Assembly: GCA_963761125.1 (NCBI GenBank)
Contig: CAVXFV010000004.1
Location: 392,544 to 456,543, forward strand
Direction: 5' to 3'
DNA from: Candidatus Latescibacterota bacterium
GTDB lineage: Bacteria; Krumholzibacteriota; Krumholzibacteriia; WVZY01; JAKEHA01
Length of the DNA: 64,000 nucleotides
Part shown: one piece after another, positions 1 to 10,474 of the stretch
Numbering within the stretch: the stretch's first letter is position 1
Layout of the letters: each line of letters opens with the position of its first letter
Translations under genes and position numbers: made by a program
The notes under the pieces: generated by a model
Database searches by the model: none
Told to the model about the DNA's origin: nothing
Seen by the model: only the letters and a program-made list of their open reading frames with translations

Positions 1-2802
1 GTGGAACGCTGGCGCGCGCTTACCGCGCACGGTCACCGACCGGGGATCGTGGCCTTCGGACGCGAGCAACGCGAGCGGCTGCTGGAACGCGTGCTCCCGC
101 CGGGCGGCGCACACCTCGGTGCGTACCCGGTAACGACGCACGCACTGGTCGCCGCCGCCGTGCTCGACGACGCCCGCCCCTCGCGGCCACGTACGCTGCG
201 TGACGTCGACGAGCTGGTCGTGCTGGCGCGCCTGCTGCGCCGCGAACCCGCGCTCCTGGCGAGCGACCTCGGCGCCATTGCCAATTCCGCGACGTTCCGG
301 AGGGACATGCTCGATGCGATTCACGCGCTCGCGCAGCACGGCATTACCTCCGTGGACGCACGGCTGTGCGCGCGATCGGCGAACGGTCGCGTGCGCGATG
401 TACTCTCGGTATACGCACGTCACCGCGAGGTGTGCGAGGAGCGCGGCCTGGTGACCTTCTACGACGCCGCGTGGCGGGCGGCGGAGCGCTACGATGCGGG
501 CGGAATCGAGTCGCCGCTGGCGGCATTCGACGTCATCCTGATCGACGATTTCCAGGACCTCGATCCCGGGCAGTACCACCTGCTCACGCGCCTGCTGCCG
601 CCGGACGGCGTCACCGCGCTGGAGGTCTTCGGGGACTCCACCGGTCCGCGTTTTTCGTTCCGCGGGACGAGCGACGACTTCTTCGTCGAGCGCTTCCCCC
701 GCGAGTATGCGCCCCGGACCCGGACGCTCGCCGCGCCGAGCTGTACGAATTCCGCGCTCGACGGCGCCGTGTCGAGATTGATCGCGGAGACGGCATCGTC
801 ACCGAAGGCGCGTGATTCGGCGGCGACTCTGCCGCTCTTCGCCGATGTGACTGCAGAGGACGCGCGCGCCGCGCGTCCCGCGTGGGAATGTTCGGCGTCT
901 CTGCTGCTTGCCGACGACGAGATCGCGGAAGCGCAGGCGGTGGCATCGCGTGCCCGCACCGCCATCGACGCCGGCACCGCGCCGGGCAATATTGCGGTGA
1001 TTGCGCGGGATGCGGAGGGCTATCGTGCCGCCGTCGAGATGGCCTGTTACGAGTGGGGCGTTCCGCTCGACGCGGGCGGACCCGAATGCGGTGCAGCGGA
1101 GGATTTCTTGCGCTCGCTGCTGGGCGCGCTGGGTTCGGACCCGGACGGCCGCTTCGCGGAGGCGCTCGCGATTTCTCCATTCAACGATGGTCACGCCGAG
1201 GAGAGCACGCTGCGCGCGCTCAAGCGCGACTATTCGTCGCGCGACGGCTTCGATCTCGAACGCCTGCTGCGAGAGCGCGTGACACCGCGGATGGCGCCGG
1301 ACGACGACGCCTCGCGCGAGACGCTGGTTTCGGTGGTGGAGGAGTGGCGGCGTTACAACGAGGTGGTGTCACATGCGGGCGGGGGAGCATCGCTGGACGA
1401 GTTTCGCGCCGCCTACCTCGGCGAGCGCACACAACGCATGCGGCGCGGAAACCGCGTACGCCTGTTGTCCGCGCGCGAGGCCACCGGGCACGCGTTCGAC
1501 ACCGTATTCATCTGCGGTTGCGCGGAGGGCTACTTTCCCGGAACGATGGTGCAGGATGGCTACATCCCCGTGGCCGCGCTCGCTCGCGTCATTGAACGGG
1601 AACACCCGGCCGCCGCGCGGGAGATCGCCGCGCGACTGGACGAGGGACGCGTCGAGCGCGTGGAGAACGCGCTCTTCCTCACTGCACTCACGCGCGCGAG
1701 CCGCGCGCTGACCGTCACGGTTCCATTGCGGATCGGCGGCGAATCGGTGTTGCCGGCCCGGGTGCTCGTGGCGGGGGCGAATCCTTTTGTGGGCGAACCC
1801 ACCGCGCGCAGCGTCTCGCCGTGTGCGCGTGCGGCGGACGCCCTGGCGCGCGCGCGGGAGGACGACGCGCTCGCCGAACGTCTGCGCGCGATTGATGCGA
1901 CGACGGCGTGGTGGGCGACGCCGCCCGCGCCGGAACGCTACCCCGCCCTGGCGTCGTTCCGCATGAGTGCGTCCAAGCTCAATTCGTATGCGCGCTGCCC
2001 GCGCCAGTTCTTCTACCGTAACGTCCTGCGGCTCGACGAACCGGAGTCCATCTATCTGCGCGTGGGCAGCATGGTGCACGAGGCGCTCCGGCAAATCATC
2101 CCGCCTGGTGCCACCGGCGACGAGGTGCGCGCGGCCCTTCGCCACGCCGGCACCCGGGAAATCGCCGAGCGCCTGGTGTCGGCCGAAATGAGCGACGCCG
2201 GCGAGTGGATGCGCGAACTGTCGGTGCGCTACCTTGCCGACATGCTCGAGAGCGTGGCGAGACTCGAGGAAGAGCGCGAAGGAAACTACCGCGTGCGCCT
2301 GCAAGAGGAAGACGTCGAGGGCGAGATCGAGGGCATGCCGATTCGCGGCCGCTTCGACCGCATCGACGACGTCGAAGGACTGGGACCGGTCGTCATCGAC
2401 TACAAGACCTCGGGGAGTATCAAGCGCACGTACCCCACGCTGATCGAGAAGATGGAGACGGAGTACTGGCAGATTCCCGTGTACGCGGCCATGACGGCGC
2501 TCGTGGATATCGCGGCAGCCGGGTTCGTGTACTACGCGCTCCCGCCCGGCGAGGAAAGTTTCGCCGCGGGTGTGCAACTGGCCCCCGGCAATCGACCCGC
2601 ACCCATCCCGCTGGGATCGCGCCGCCCGTACCGCTACGGTCCAGTCGTCACGGAGGACGTGGCCGACGCGGTGGCGCGCGCGGTGGAGATCTTCCGGTCG
2701 ATCGTGGCGGGAGAATGTCGCTACGAACGCACCGACAACACGGGTATCTGTCCCAACTGTCACTTTGCGAGGATATGTCAGAGAAGCCGCGCATCGATCT
2801 AG
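1..2802 (+). CDS. AddB/AdnA-like helicase-nuclease subunit (degenerate UvrD-like motor plus C-terminal PD-(D/E)XK nuclease with Fe-S cysteine signature); 5' end may lie outside the window
   Basis: Frame is open from base 1. Motif II-like 'VILIDDFQDLD'. UvrD_C-like 'FDTVFICGCAEGYFPG'. Nuclease motifs 'GSMVHEALRQI', 'RGRFDRIDD..VVIDYKTS', 'YWQIPVYA'. Cysteines 'YARCPRQF' plus terminal 'CPNCHFARIC' (C...CxxCx5C). Confidence 0.8.
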   Translation: MERWRALTAHGHRPGIVAFGREQRERLLERVLPPGGAHLGAYPVTTHALVAAAVLDDARPSRPRTLRDVDELVVLARLLRREPALLASDLGAIANSATFRRDMLDAIHALAQHGITSVDARLCARSANGRVRDVLSVYARHREVCEERGLVTFYDAAWRAAERYDAGGIESPLAAFDVILIDDFQDLDPGQYHLLTRLLPPDGVTALEVFGDSTGPRFSFRGTSDDFFVERFPREYAPRTRTLAAPSCTNSALDGAVSRLIAETASSPKARDSAATLPLFADVTAEDARAARPAWECSASLLLADDEIAEAQAVASRARTAIDAGTAPGNIAVIARDAEGYRAAVEMACYEWGVPLDAGGPECGAAEDFLRSLLGALGSDPDGRFAEALAISPFNDGHAEESTLRALKRDYSSRDGFDLERLLRERVTPRMAPDDDASRETLVSVVEEWRRYNEVVSHAGGGASLDEFRAAYLGERTQRMRRGNRVRLLSAREATGHAFDTVFICGCAEGYFPGTMVQDGYIPVAALARVIEREHPAAAREIAARLDEGRVERVENALFLTALTRASRALTVTVPLRIGGESVLPARVLVAGANPFVGEPTARSVSPCARAADALARAREDDALAERLRAIDATTAWWATPPAPERYPALASFRMSASKLNSYARCPRQFFYRNVLRLDEPESIYLRVGSMVHEALRQIIPPGATGDEVRAALRHAGTREIAERLVSAEMSDAGEWMRELSVRYLADMLESVARLEEEREGNYRVRLQEEDVEGEIEGMPIRGRFDRIDDVEGLGPVVIDYKTSGSIKRTYPTLIEKMETEYWQIPVYAAMTALVDIAAAGFVYYALPPGEESFAAGVQLAPGNRPAPIPLGSRRPYRYGPVVTEDVADAVARAVEIFRSIVAGECRYERTDNTGICPNCHFARICQRSRASI

Positions 2803-4994
2803 ATCCCGGGCAGCTCGCCGCCGTCGACGCATCCGTGGCCGCGTCCACCAACGTCGTCGCGGGCGCGGGGACCGGGAAGACGAGCGTGCTCGTCGCGCGC
2901 TATCTAAGGCTGCTCGACGAAGGCGTGCCCGTGGAGCGCGTGCTTGCGCTCACGTTCACGCTCAAGGCCGCGGGCGAGATGCGCGAGCGCGTGCGCCGCG
3001 CCGTGGCCGAGCGGCATCCCGACGTGGCGCGCCGCCTGTCGAACGCGTGGATCATGAACTTCCACCAGTTCGGTTACCGGTTCATCAAGGAGAACGCGCC
3101 CGCGCTCGGCATCGACCCCGGCGTGGACGTCGTGTCCATCGCGGAGTTCGAGCGCATCCAGCGCTACCTGCGGGCCCGCTTCGAGAATGGACGCGTCGCC
3201 GGAGTCCCGCCCGATTTCGGGGGCGCGCCGCCGCCGCCCACCAAACTCGGGTCGCTCTTCGACACCCTGATGAGGGTCGTTCTTCATTGTCGCGGGATCA
3301 TGCTCGATCCCGCGGAACTCCGCGGGAAGGTAACGCCCGACGACCACCCTGCCTACGTGGCGCGCGTCGACACCATCGTGGCCCTGGCGCGCGAGTACGA
3401 AAACGAGCTGGCGCGGCGCGGACTGCTGGACTTCAGCGACATGATCACGATCCCCGCGCGCGCACTCAAGGAGAACGCAGCCCTCGCGAAGACTTACACC
3501 GACGCATTCGACCACATCCTGGTGGACGAGTTTCAAGACACCAGCGCCGCGCAGAACGAACTCCTGCGCGCGCTTTCCGGCGGCGACTTCTCGCGCGTCA
3601 CCGTGGTGGGCGACCTGAAGCAGGCGATCTATCGGTGGCGGGACGCACGCGTGGAGAACGTCCTCGAGTTCCCGGACCCCGAGCCGCGCGCACTCACCGT
3701 GAACTATCGCTCGCGCCAGGAGATCCTCGATCTTGCGCACGCGCTGATCTCGAACGAGGACGTGCTCAAGGACGCCGCGGTGAAGCTGACGGCGCATCGC
3801 GGTGCGGGCGAGTCGAGCGTGTTGCTCTTTCATCCCGAAGGCGGTCAGGAACGCCACGACGACGAGGCCGAAGCGCTGGGCGCGTGGGTGGATCATATGC
3901 TTGGACGTGTGCCCGCGCCCGCCGCGTGGGCGCTGGCGCCACCGAACCCGCCCCTCGCGCCCCACGACGTCGCCGTCCTCCTGCGCAATTTCCGAAGCAA
4001 CCGACTGATGCCCGCGATCGAACGCGTCTTCCAGCGTCGCGGAATTCCCTTCGCCGTCGTCGGCGGGGCCAACCGCGTGGAAGCCCGCGCGCTGGAGAGC
4101 TGGCATGCCTGGCTCTCGCTACTCCTGCCCGGGGACCGCACGGTGGATCTGGTGGCCGTGCTGGAAGCGCCTCCGTACGCGGTGACGGAAGCCTCGCTCA
4201 CAGAGCTGCTCCGGGAGAACCGGGGGACGTCCTCGCTCGAACGTCTCGACGATGCGTACATCGCGAACGTGACCGACGCGCGCGACGCCGCCGCCATGCG
4301 CGACGTGCGCGCATCCATCCAGCGCGCCGACGCGGTGTGGCGCGATCGGGGCTTCCGCGAATTCCTCGTGTCGAGCATCGAGAACAGTCCGCTACGCGCG
4401 CGCCTGTTGCACGAGGGCGCGCAGCCGGCCGCGGTGGACGAACTGCTGCGCGAACTGCTCGACCTCGCCGACGGCCTCGCGCGGCGCGGCGAACTCAACC
4501 TGGCCACCTTCCTGGACCACCTGCGCGCCAGTCTCGACGAGCGCAAGTTTCGGGAGGACGGCGAGGCCGCGCTCCCGCGGGGGCGCGTGGCCGTGATGAC
4601 GGTGCACCAGGCCAAGGGGCTCGAGTTCCCCGCGGTGGCCGTGGTGGGCGTGGTGGAGGGCAAGGCGCAGGGCGAGAGCTTCCTCGTGTCGCGGGAGAGC
4701 GGACTGTACTTCAGCGAGAGGACGGGTAAGCCGTGGAATCGAAACAAGCAACGGGCCGAAAACTTCAGCCGCGAGGAGCACATGGAAGTCGTCGAGGAAC
4801 GCTGCGTGCTCTATGTCGCCCTCACCCGCGCCCGAGACTATCTCTGGGTCAGCGCGCCGAGCGTGGACGGGAAGAAGCTCCTGAAGAACGACACGCGCGG
4901 ATGGCTGTTCACCGAACTCGTCGACGCCGCGCGCAGGCAACACCTCGGCCGCGAGAATCCGCACGCTCGGCGACCTGGAAATCACCAGTCATGA
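2775..4994 (+). CDS. UvrD/PcrA/AddA-type superfamily 1 DNA helicase (no nuclease domain in this frame)
   Basis: Walker A 'AGAGTGKTSVLVARY', motif II 'ILVDEFQDTS', 'VVGDLKQAIYRWRDA', 'LTVNYRSRQEIL', 'VMTVHQAKGLEFPAVAVVG', 'LYVALTRARDYLWVS'. ATG 2775 ('MSEKPRIDLDPGQL') overlaps the upstream stop by 28 nt. The upstream part of the 2205 ORF is Arg/Gly-rich overlap noise. Confidence 0.85.
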   Translation: MSEKPRIDLDPGQLAAVDASVAASTNVVAGAGTGKTSVLVARYLRLLDEGVPVERVLALTFTLKAAGEMRERVRRAVAERHPDVARRLSNAWIMNFHQFGYRFIKENAPALGIDPGVDVVSIAEFERIQRYLRARFENGRVAGVPPDFGGAPPPPTKLGSLFDTLMRVVLHCRGIMLDPAELRGKVTPDDHPAYVARVDTIVALAREYENELARRGLLDFSDMITIPARALKENAALAKTYTDAFDHILVDEFQDTSAAQNELLRALSGGDFSRVTVVGDLKQAIYRWRDARVENVLEFPDPEPRALTVNYRSRQEILDLAHALISNEDVLKDAAVKLTAHRGAGESSVLLFHPEGGQERHDDEAEALGAWVDHMLGRVPAPAAWALAPPNPPLAPHDVAVLLRNFRSNRLMPAIERVFQRRGIPFAVVGGANRVEARALESWHAWLSLLLPGDRTVDLVAVLEAPPYAVTEASLTELLRENRGTSSLERLDDAYIANVTDARDAAAMRDVRASIQRADAVWRDRGFREFLVSSIENSPLRARLLHEGAQPAAVDELLRELLDLADGLARRGELNLATFLDHLRASLDERKFREDGEAALPRGRVAVMTVHQAKGLEFPAVAVVGVVEGKAQGESFLVSRESGLYFSERTGKPWNRNKQRAENFSREEHMEVVEERCVLYVALTRARDYLWVSAPSVDGKKLLKNDTRGWLFTELVDAARRQHLGRENPHARRPGNHQS

Positions 4995-5055
4995 AACTCC
5001 GGCGCCGCATCCCGCGCGCGGCACCGACGCCGACGAACACCCCACCGAGACGATC

Positions 5056-5844
5056 GTGCGGGAGTGGGTGGCTCTGCGGGATCGCAACGCCGCGCGCCCC
5101 GATTCGTTCCCGTCGGAGGGAATCGTCACCGTCACCTGGGCGGACCTCGCGTCCTTCGCCCGCTGTCCGCTCCAGTTCAAACTGAACCGGGAGAGCGAAC
5201 TCGATGAACGCGCGGAGTCCCGGGAACGGGACGAGGTACACGCCGGCGCGGGCGGCGAGTCCGCCGTTCCCCGCGGTGTCGACCCCGCGGTGTTCGGCTC
5301 GTTCGTCCACGAGATTCTCGAGCGGTCGATCGGTGGCAAAGATCTCGACGGGGCCATCGAAGCATCGCTGGCGACGGTCGACTTCGGCAAGGCGCGAGCC
5401 GCCGCCGTCGATACCGCGCGCAAACTCGCGGAGCACGCCATCGCGGCCGGCCTCGCCGGCCCCGCCTCCGGCGCGCGGGCGGAGGTCCCCGTCATGGTCC
5501 GCCTCGAGAACATCATCGTGCGCGGCGTCATCGACCGCCTCGACACCGGCGCGGAGTCCGTGGTCACGGACTATAAGGTGGGGGAGCGCAGCGACGACCA
5601 CGCGTTCCAGGTTCGCGCGTATCTGTGGGCGGCTCGCCGGGCGGGTGTGCCGGAACCGATCCATGGACGAGTCGCCTACCTGCGCGAGAACGGCGCGAAC
5701 GTCGTGGACGTCACGCCCGACGACGGACTCGAGGGCCGGGTCGGCGCAATCGACGCAGCGATCGCTGCGGGCGAGTTCGTCGCGACCCCGGGTGCCGTCT
5801 GCGCCGCGTGTCCGCATCGAGCGGTGTGCGCGTTCGCGGTGTAA
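5056..5844 (+). CDS. PD-(D/E)XK (RecB/AddA/Cas4-type) nuclease with Fe-S cysteine signature, encoded in a different frame from the helicase
   Basis: 'FARCPLQF', 'GSFVHEILE', 'RGVIDRLD..VVTDYKVGE', 'FQVRAYLWA', terminal 'CAACPHRAVC'. GTG 5056 is the only start codon available in this frame before the nuclease motifs begin. The frame itself is open back to 4885. Confidence 0.7.
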   Translation: MREWVALRDRNAARPDSFPSEGIVTVTWADLASFARCPLQFKLNRESELDERAESRERDEVHAGAGGESAVPRGVDPAVFGSFVHEILERSIGGKDLDGAIEASLATVDFGKARAAAVDTARKLAEHAIAAGLAGPASGARAEVPVMVRLENIIVRGVIDRLDTGAESVVTDYKVGERSDDHAFQVRAYLWAARRAGVPEPIHGRVAYLRENGANVVDVTPDDGLEGRVGAIDAAIAAGEFVATPGAVCAACPHRAVCAFAV

Positions 5845-5874
5845 GCGGAGCGAATCTGAACCGGAGATAATGGA

Positions 5875-6723
5875 TTGCGGCGAACAGCCATCACTTCCCG
5901 GATCCACCGGGTCACGACGACCCTGCTCGTCGGCGTCGCGATGGTTCTGTCGGCGACCGTCACCCGGGCACAGAGCGATCACCCCATCGGTCGCGCGCTG
6001 GCGAACCCCGACTTCACGTGGCACTCGATGGCCGATGCCGGTATTCGCCTGTACTACCAGCCGGGATCGTTCGCCGAGCGCCACCGGGTCATGTTGATGC
6101 GCAGCGCCCGGGCCGCCGTGGCCCGGGGACTCGACTTCCTCGAGATGAAACCGGACAGTCTCGAACTGCGCGTGCTCTACCTGGAAGACCGCAAGCAGAT
6201 GGAACAGCTCGTCGGGCACACCTACAGCGGGCTCGCCGACTCGGAGGCGCACGGTGTCCTTCTCGTCTGCAACGCCAACTGGCGCTCGTTTGACACGCAC
6301 GAGATCACGCACGTGCTGAGCCTGGGGCGGTGGGGGGAGCCGGTCGAGGGGAGCACGTGGATGAGGGAGGGCCTGCCCATCGCGGTGGACGGCTGGTGCC
6401 AGACCGACGACGTCGACCACATCGCGAGCTATCTCGTCTCCACCGGCGTGTGGCCCGGTCTTTCCGAGTTCCTCGCGCACGGACGGTCGCTGGGCGAGAT
6501 CCCCGCCGGCGTTCTGGCCGGCAGCCTGATCCGCTATCTGCGACAGCGCTTCGGCGCGCCCGTGATCGAGGCGGCCTGGCGCTCGGGACTCGACTCGGCG
6601 CTGAAGGCGCGAAAGGTCGATCCGAAAGGGATGGAAGCGGAGTGGCTGCACTCGCTGAAGGATCTCCCGAATCCACTGACGGACAAAGAGTGGGAAAAGA
6701 TCAAGGCGGACGGGTGCGGGTGA
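5875..6723 (+). CDS. Secreted MA-clan zinc metallopeptidase (Peptidase_MA_2-like)
   Basis: Signal-like N-terminus 'TLLVGVAMVLSATVTRAQS'. HExxH 'HEITHVL' followed about 20 aa later by 'WMREGLP' (Glu third-ligand motif). TTG start, so the exact start is uncertain. Confidence 0.6.
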   Translation: MRRTAITSRIHRVTTTLLVGVAMVLSATVTRAQSDHPIGRALANPDFTWHSMADAGIRLYYQPGSFAERHRVMLMRSARAAVARGLDFLEMKPDSLELRVLYLEDRKQMEQLVGHTYSGLADSEAHGVLLVCNANWRSFDTHEITHVLSLGRWGEPVEGSTWMREGLPIAVDGWCQTDDVDHIASYLVSTGVWPGLSEFLAHGRSLGEIPAGVLAGSLIRYLRQRFGAPVIEAAWRSGLDSALKARKVDPKGMEAEWLHSLKDLPNPLTDKEWEKIKADGCG

Positions 6724-6740
6724 GCGCGCGCGCGTGACGA

Positions 6741-7435
6741 TCAGCCCGTCAGGCACGTCCTCACCAGCTCCACCGTTTCCGCGTGTGACTCGACGATGAG
6801 GTCCGCGTCCGCGAAGGCGATTCCGCGTGTCTCCGGCGTTCGTATGACCACGACGGGAATTCCCGCGGCGACGGCGGAGCCCACGCCCTTTTCCGCGTCC
6901 TCGAACACGAGCGCTTCCGACGGCGTGGCGCCCACGGCGTCCAGTACGTAGAGGAAGATGTCCGGCGCCGGTTTCGGGGCGGTGACGACGTCGCTGCCGA
7001 CCACCAGCGCGAAGCGGTCGGTGAGTCCCTCGTTCGCGAGAATCGACTCGATGTCCGGCCGCGGTGTGCCGCTGGCAATGGTGAGCGTCTTTCCGGCCCG
7101 CGCGAGAAATCCACCAGCTCCCGCGCTTCGGGGAAGAAGCGAACCGTGCCGTTGCGACAGTATTCCGAAAAGATGGGCCGCTTCTCGTCGCGGATGCGCA
7201 CGGGATCCAGCGCCAGTCCGTGCCGCTCGATCTCGCCCTTCGGTCCGAGGCCGAGCGACGTCCAGTACTTGTAGTACTCGGTTTCGTCGAGGGAGTGGCC
7301 GTACTTCTGGAATACGGCGTTGTACGTCTCGAAGTGATAGCGTTCGCTGTCGACCAGCACGCCGTCGAAATCGAAGATGATCACGCGCGCGCGCATGAGC
7401 GCTCGAAACTTCTGCAGTCGCGCGTGGTCAGCCAA
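6741..7435 (-). pseudogene. HAD-superfamily hydrolase (beta-phosphoglucomutase-like), frame broken by a 1-nt deletion
   Basis: The N-terminal half carries motif I 'VIIFDFDGVLVDSE'. After 'ARELVDF' the sense continues in another frame: 'LARAGKTLTIASGTPRPDIESILANEGLTDRFALVVGSDVVTAPKPAPDIFLY..LVFEDAEKGVGSAVAAGIPVV'. The frames join if one base is added to the A3 run at 7107-7109 (T run on the coding strand). Confidence 0.75.
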
Positions 7436-8318
7436 GGTAACGCGCCCGGTCGGGAATGGGAATCAGACGCCGCACAAAGCGGTAGATGGCGTAGCTCTCG
7501 ATCGTGAACGGCAAAAAGCCGAGGAAACCCAGGATCGGCATCTCGAAGAGTTTGATGTCGCCGAAGTACGGGACATCGTAATGCCACTTGGCGAGCGCCC
7601 AGTAGTTCCAGAACTCCCACAGCACTCCCGCGACGAGTCCGGCGAAGAAGAACACCAGCATCGAGCGGTAGTGACCGGTGAAGAACTCCGAGAGGAACGA
7701 TCGTTCGCCGAGCCGGCCGTTGATCGGGTCGAGCAGGAAGGCGAAGCCCATCCACACCAACGGCGTCATGTGCGTCGACGGCTTCACCAGCGGGATCACC
7801 AGACACACCGCCCCGAATATCACGAACGGCCAGAAGATCCGATCCGGTAGCCGGGGGTGGGTGGTTCGGTCGTCGCCGGGCAACAAGTCCGAGAGGGTTT
7901 CGTAGATCAGGAACATTCCCGGCGAGATCGTCGCGAACGCCCAGACGTAGCCGGGAAAGCGGATCCACGGGTTGTCGGGGAGACCGACGTAGCGCCAGTT
8001 CTTCAGGAGCACGTTGTAGCCCTCGAAGACGAGCCAGCTCCCGATCGAGATCAGACACAGGAGCAGGAACTCGCCGAAATGATCCGAGACCAGCGAGGTC
8101 CCGTAGCGGCGCCGGTGCAGGCCGTCGAGAAACAGAATCAGCCCGGTCCATTGTACCGGGGTGAAGAACCAGCCGACGAGCGTGCCGCCGACGGTGAACA
8201 GAAGGACCTCGAACACCCCCATGACGGCGAGGCCGATCCATCCGTATAGCGGCATGGCGGCGGTGGCGGCAGCCGGACCGGGGCGATGGCTTGACTTGGG
8301 CACGTGTTGGGTTATCAT
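7428..8318 (-). CDS. Polytopic integral membrane protein, unknown function
   Basis: Multiple hydrophobic helices, Trp/Phe-rich ('GVLWEFWNYWALAKWHYDVPYF', 'FEMPILGFLGFLPFTIESYAIY'). An alternative start at 'MPLYGW' (about 8255) is possible. No family recognised with confidence. Confidence 0.55.
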   Translation of the reverse strand: MITQHVPKSSHRPGPAAATAAMPLYGWIGLAVMGVFEVLLFTVGGTLVGWFFTPVQWTGLILFLDGLHRRRYGTSLVSDHFGEFLLLCLISIGSWLVFEGYNVLLKNWRYVGLPDNPWIRFPGYVWAFATISPGMFLIYETLSDLLPGDDRTTHPRLPDRIFWPFVIFGAVCLVIPLVKPSTHMTPLVWMGFAFLLDPINGRLGERSFLSEFFTGHYRSMLVFFFAGLVAGVLWEFWNYWALAKWHYDVPYFGDIKLFEMPILGFLGFLPFTIESYAIYRFVRRLIPIPDRARYLG

Positions 8319-8544
8319 GGGCGTTCCGTCCGCGCGATGAAACTCCCCGAAAAACCGGCTGGTTTCCCGATCCGATGAGCGGCATCGGCTCGCGGAAGAC
8401 GGCGCACGGAGCGACGATCCTAGCCGATTCCTCCGGGCGGGCGCAACCTGTCCCGGCGGTCCCGGTGTCGGCGGATGGGAACCGGGGGGAGCGTGTGGCG
8501 TTCAATCGGAGCAATCGGCGAGCGATTCGCCGGCGGAGGTGACG

Positions 8545-9530
<986 letters not shown>

Positions 9531-9534
9531 TCCC

Positions 9535-10458
9535 ATGAGCGACGCCGCCGATCGCAGGACGGAACGCGGCGACGCCACCGAGCGCAGCGTCGCCGAGGTG
9601 CTCAAGCGCGTGCGTCGCGTCGAGATCACGACGCGCCGTCTCGTGAACGACGTCTTCTCCGGCGAATACCACAGCGTATTCAAGGGGCAGGGGATGGAGT
9701 TCGACGAGGTGCGCGAGTACCAGCCCGGCGACGACATCCGCACGATCGACTGGAACGTGACGGCGCGCATGGGAGCGCCGTACATCAAGCGCTTCATGGA
9801 AGAGCGCGAACTCGTCGTAATGTTCCTTCTCGACGTCAGCGCGTCGGGGCGCTTCGGTTCGAACGACAAGACCAAAATCGACACCGCGGCCGAGATCTGC
9901 GCGGTGCTGTCGTTCAGCGCGATTCAGAACCACGACAAGGTGGGGGCGGTCGTCTTTACCGACGAGATCGAGGAATTCATCCCGCCCGACAAGGGCCGGC
10001 GTCACGTTCTCCATCTGATTCGGCAGGTCCTCTTCTACGAGCCCCGCGGCCACCGCACCGACGTCGCCGGCGCACTGGATTATCTGCTGCGCGTGTCCAA
10101 GCGGCGCGCGATCGTTTTCGTGGTGAGCGACTTCATGTCGGCCGATTTCGCGCGACCCCTGGCCATGGCCGCGCGCCGCCACGACGTCGTCGCCGTGTGG
10201 ATCACCGACCCGCGCGAGGAAGAGATCCGGGGGACGGGACTGGTTCGCGTGTGGGATCAGGAGTCGCAGACCGAACGGGTGATCGACCTCGGAGGTCCCG
10301 CAACGCGCGAACGGTTCCGGCAGTTCGCTTTGCGCCGCCAGGAGCAGATCTCGTCGTTGTTCCGGCGCAACGGCGTCGACTGCGTCCGCGTCGAGGCGGG
10401 GCAGGACTACATCGTGCCGCTGTCGCTGTTCTTCCGCGGCCGTGCTCGCCGCCGGTAG
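9535..10458 (+). CDS. DUF58 (vWA-like) protein, MoxR partner
   Basis: '[39 protein letters not shown]', '[13 protein letters not shown]'. Starts 4 nt after the moxR stop. Confidence 0.85.
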   Translation: MSDAADRRTERGDATERSVAEVLKRVRRVEITTRRLVNDVFSGEYHSVFKGQGMEFDEVREYQPGDDIRTIDWNVTARMGAPYIKRFMEERELVVMFLLDVSASGRFGSNDKTKIDTAAEICAVLSFSAIQNHDKVGAVVFTDEIEEFIPPDKGRRHVLHLIRQVLFYEPRGHRTDVAGALDYLLRVSKRRAIVFVVSDFMSADFARPLAMAARRHDVVAVWITDPREEEIRGTGLVRVWDQESQTERVIDLGGPATRERFRQFALRRQEQISSLFRRNGVDCVRVEAGQDYIVPLSLFFRGRARRR

Positions 10459-10474
10459 CGGGCGACGTCGACCG

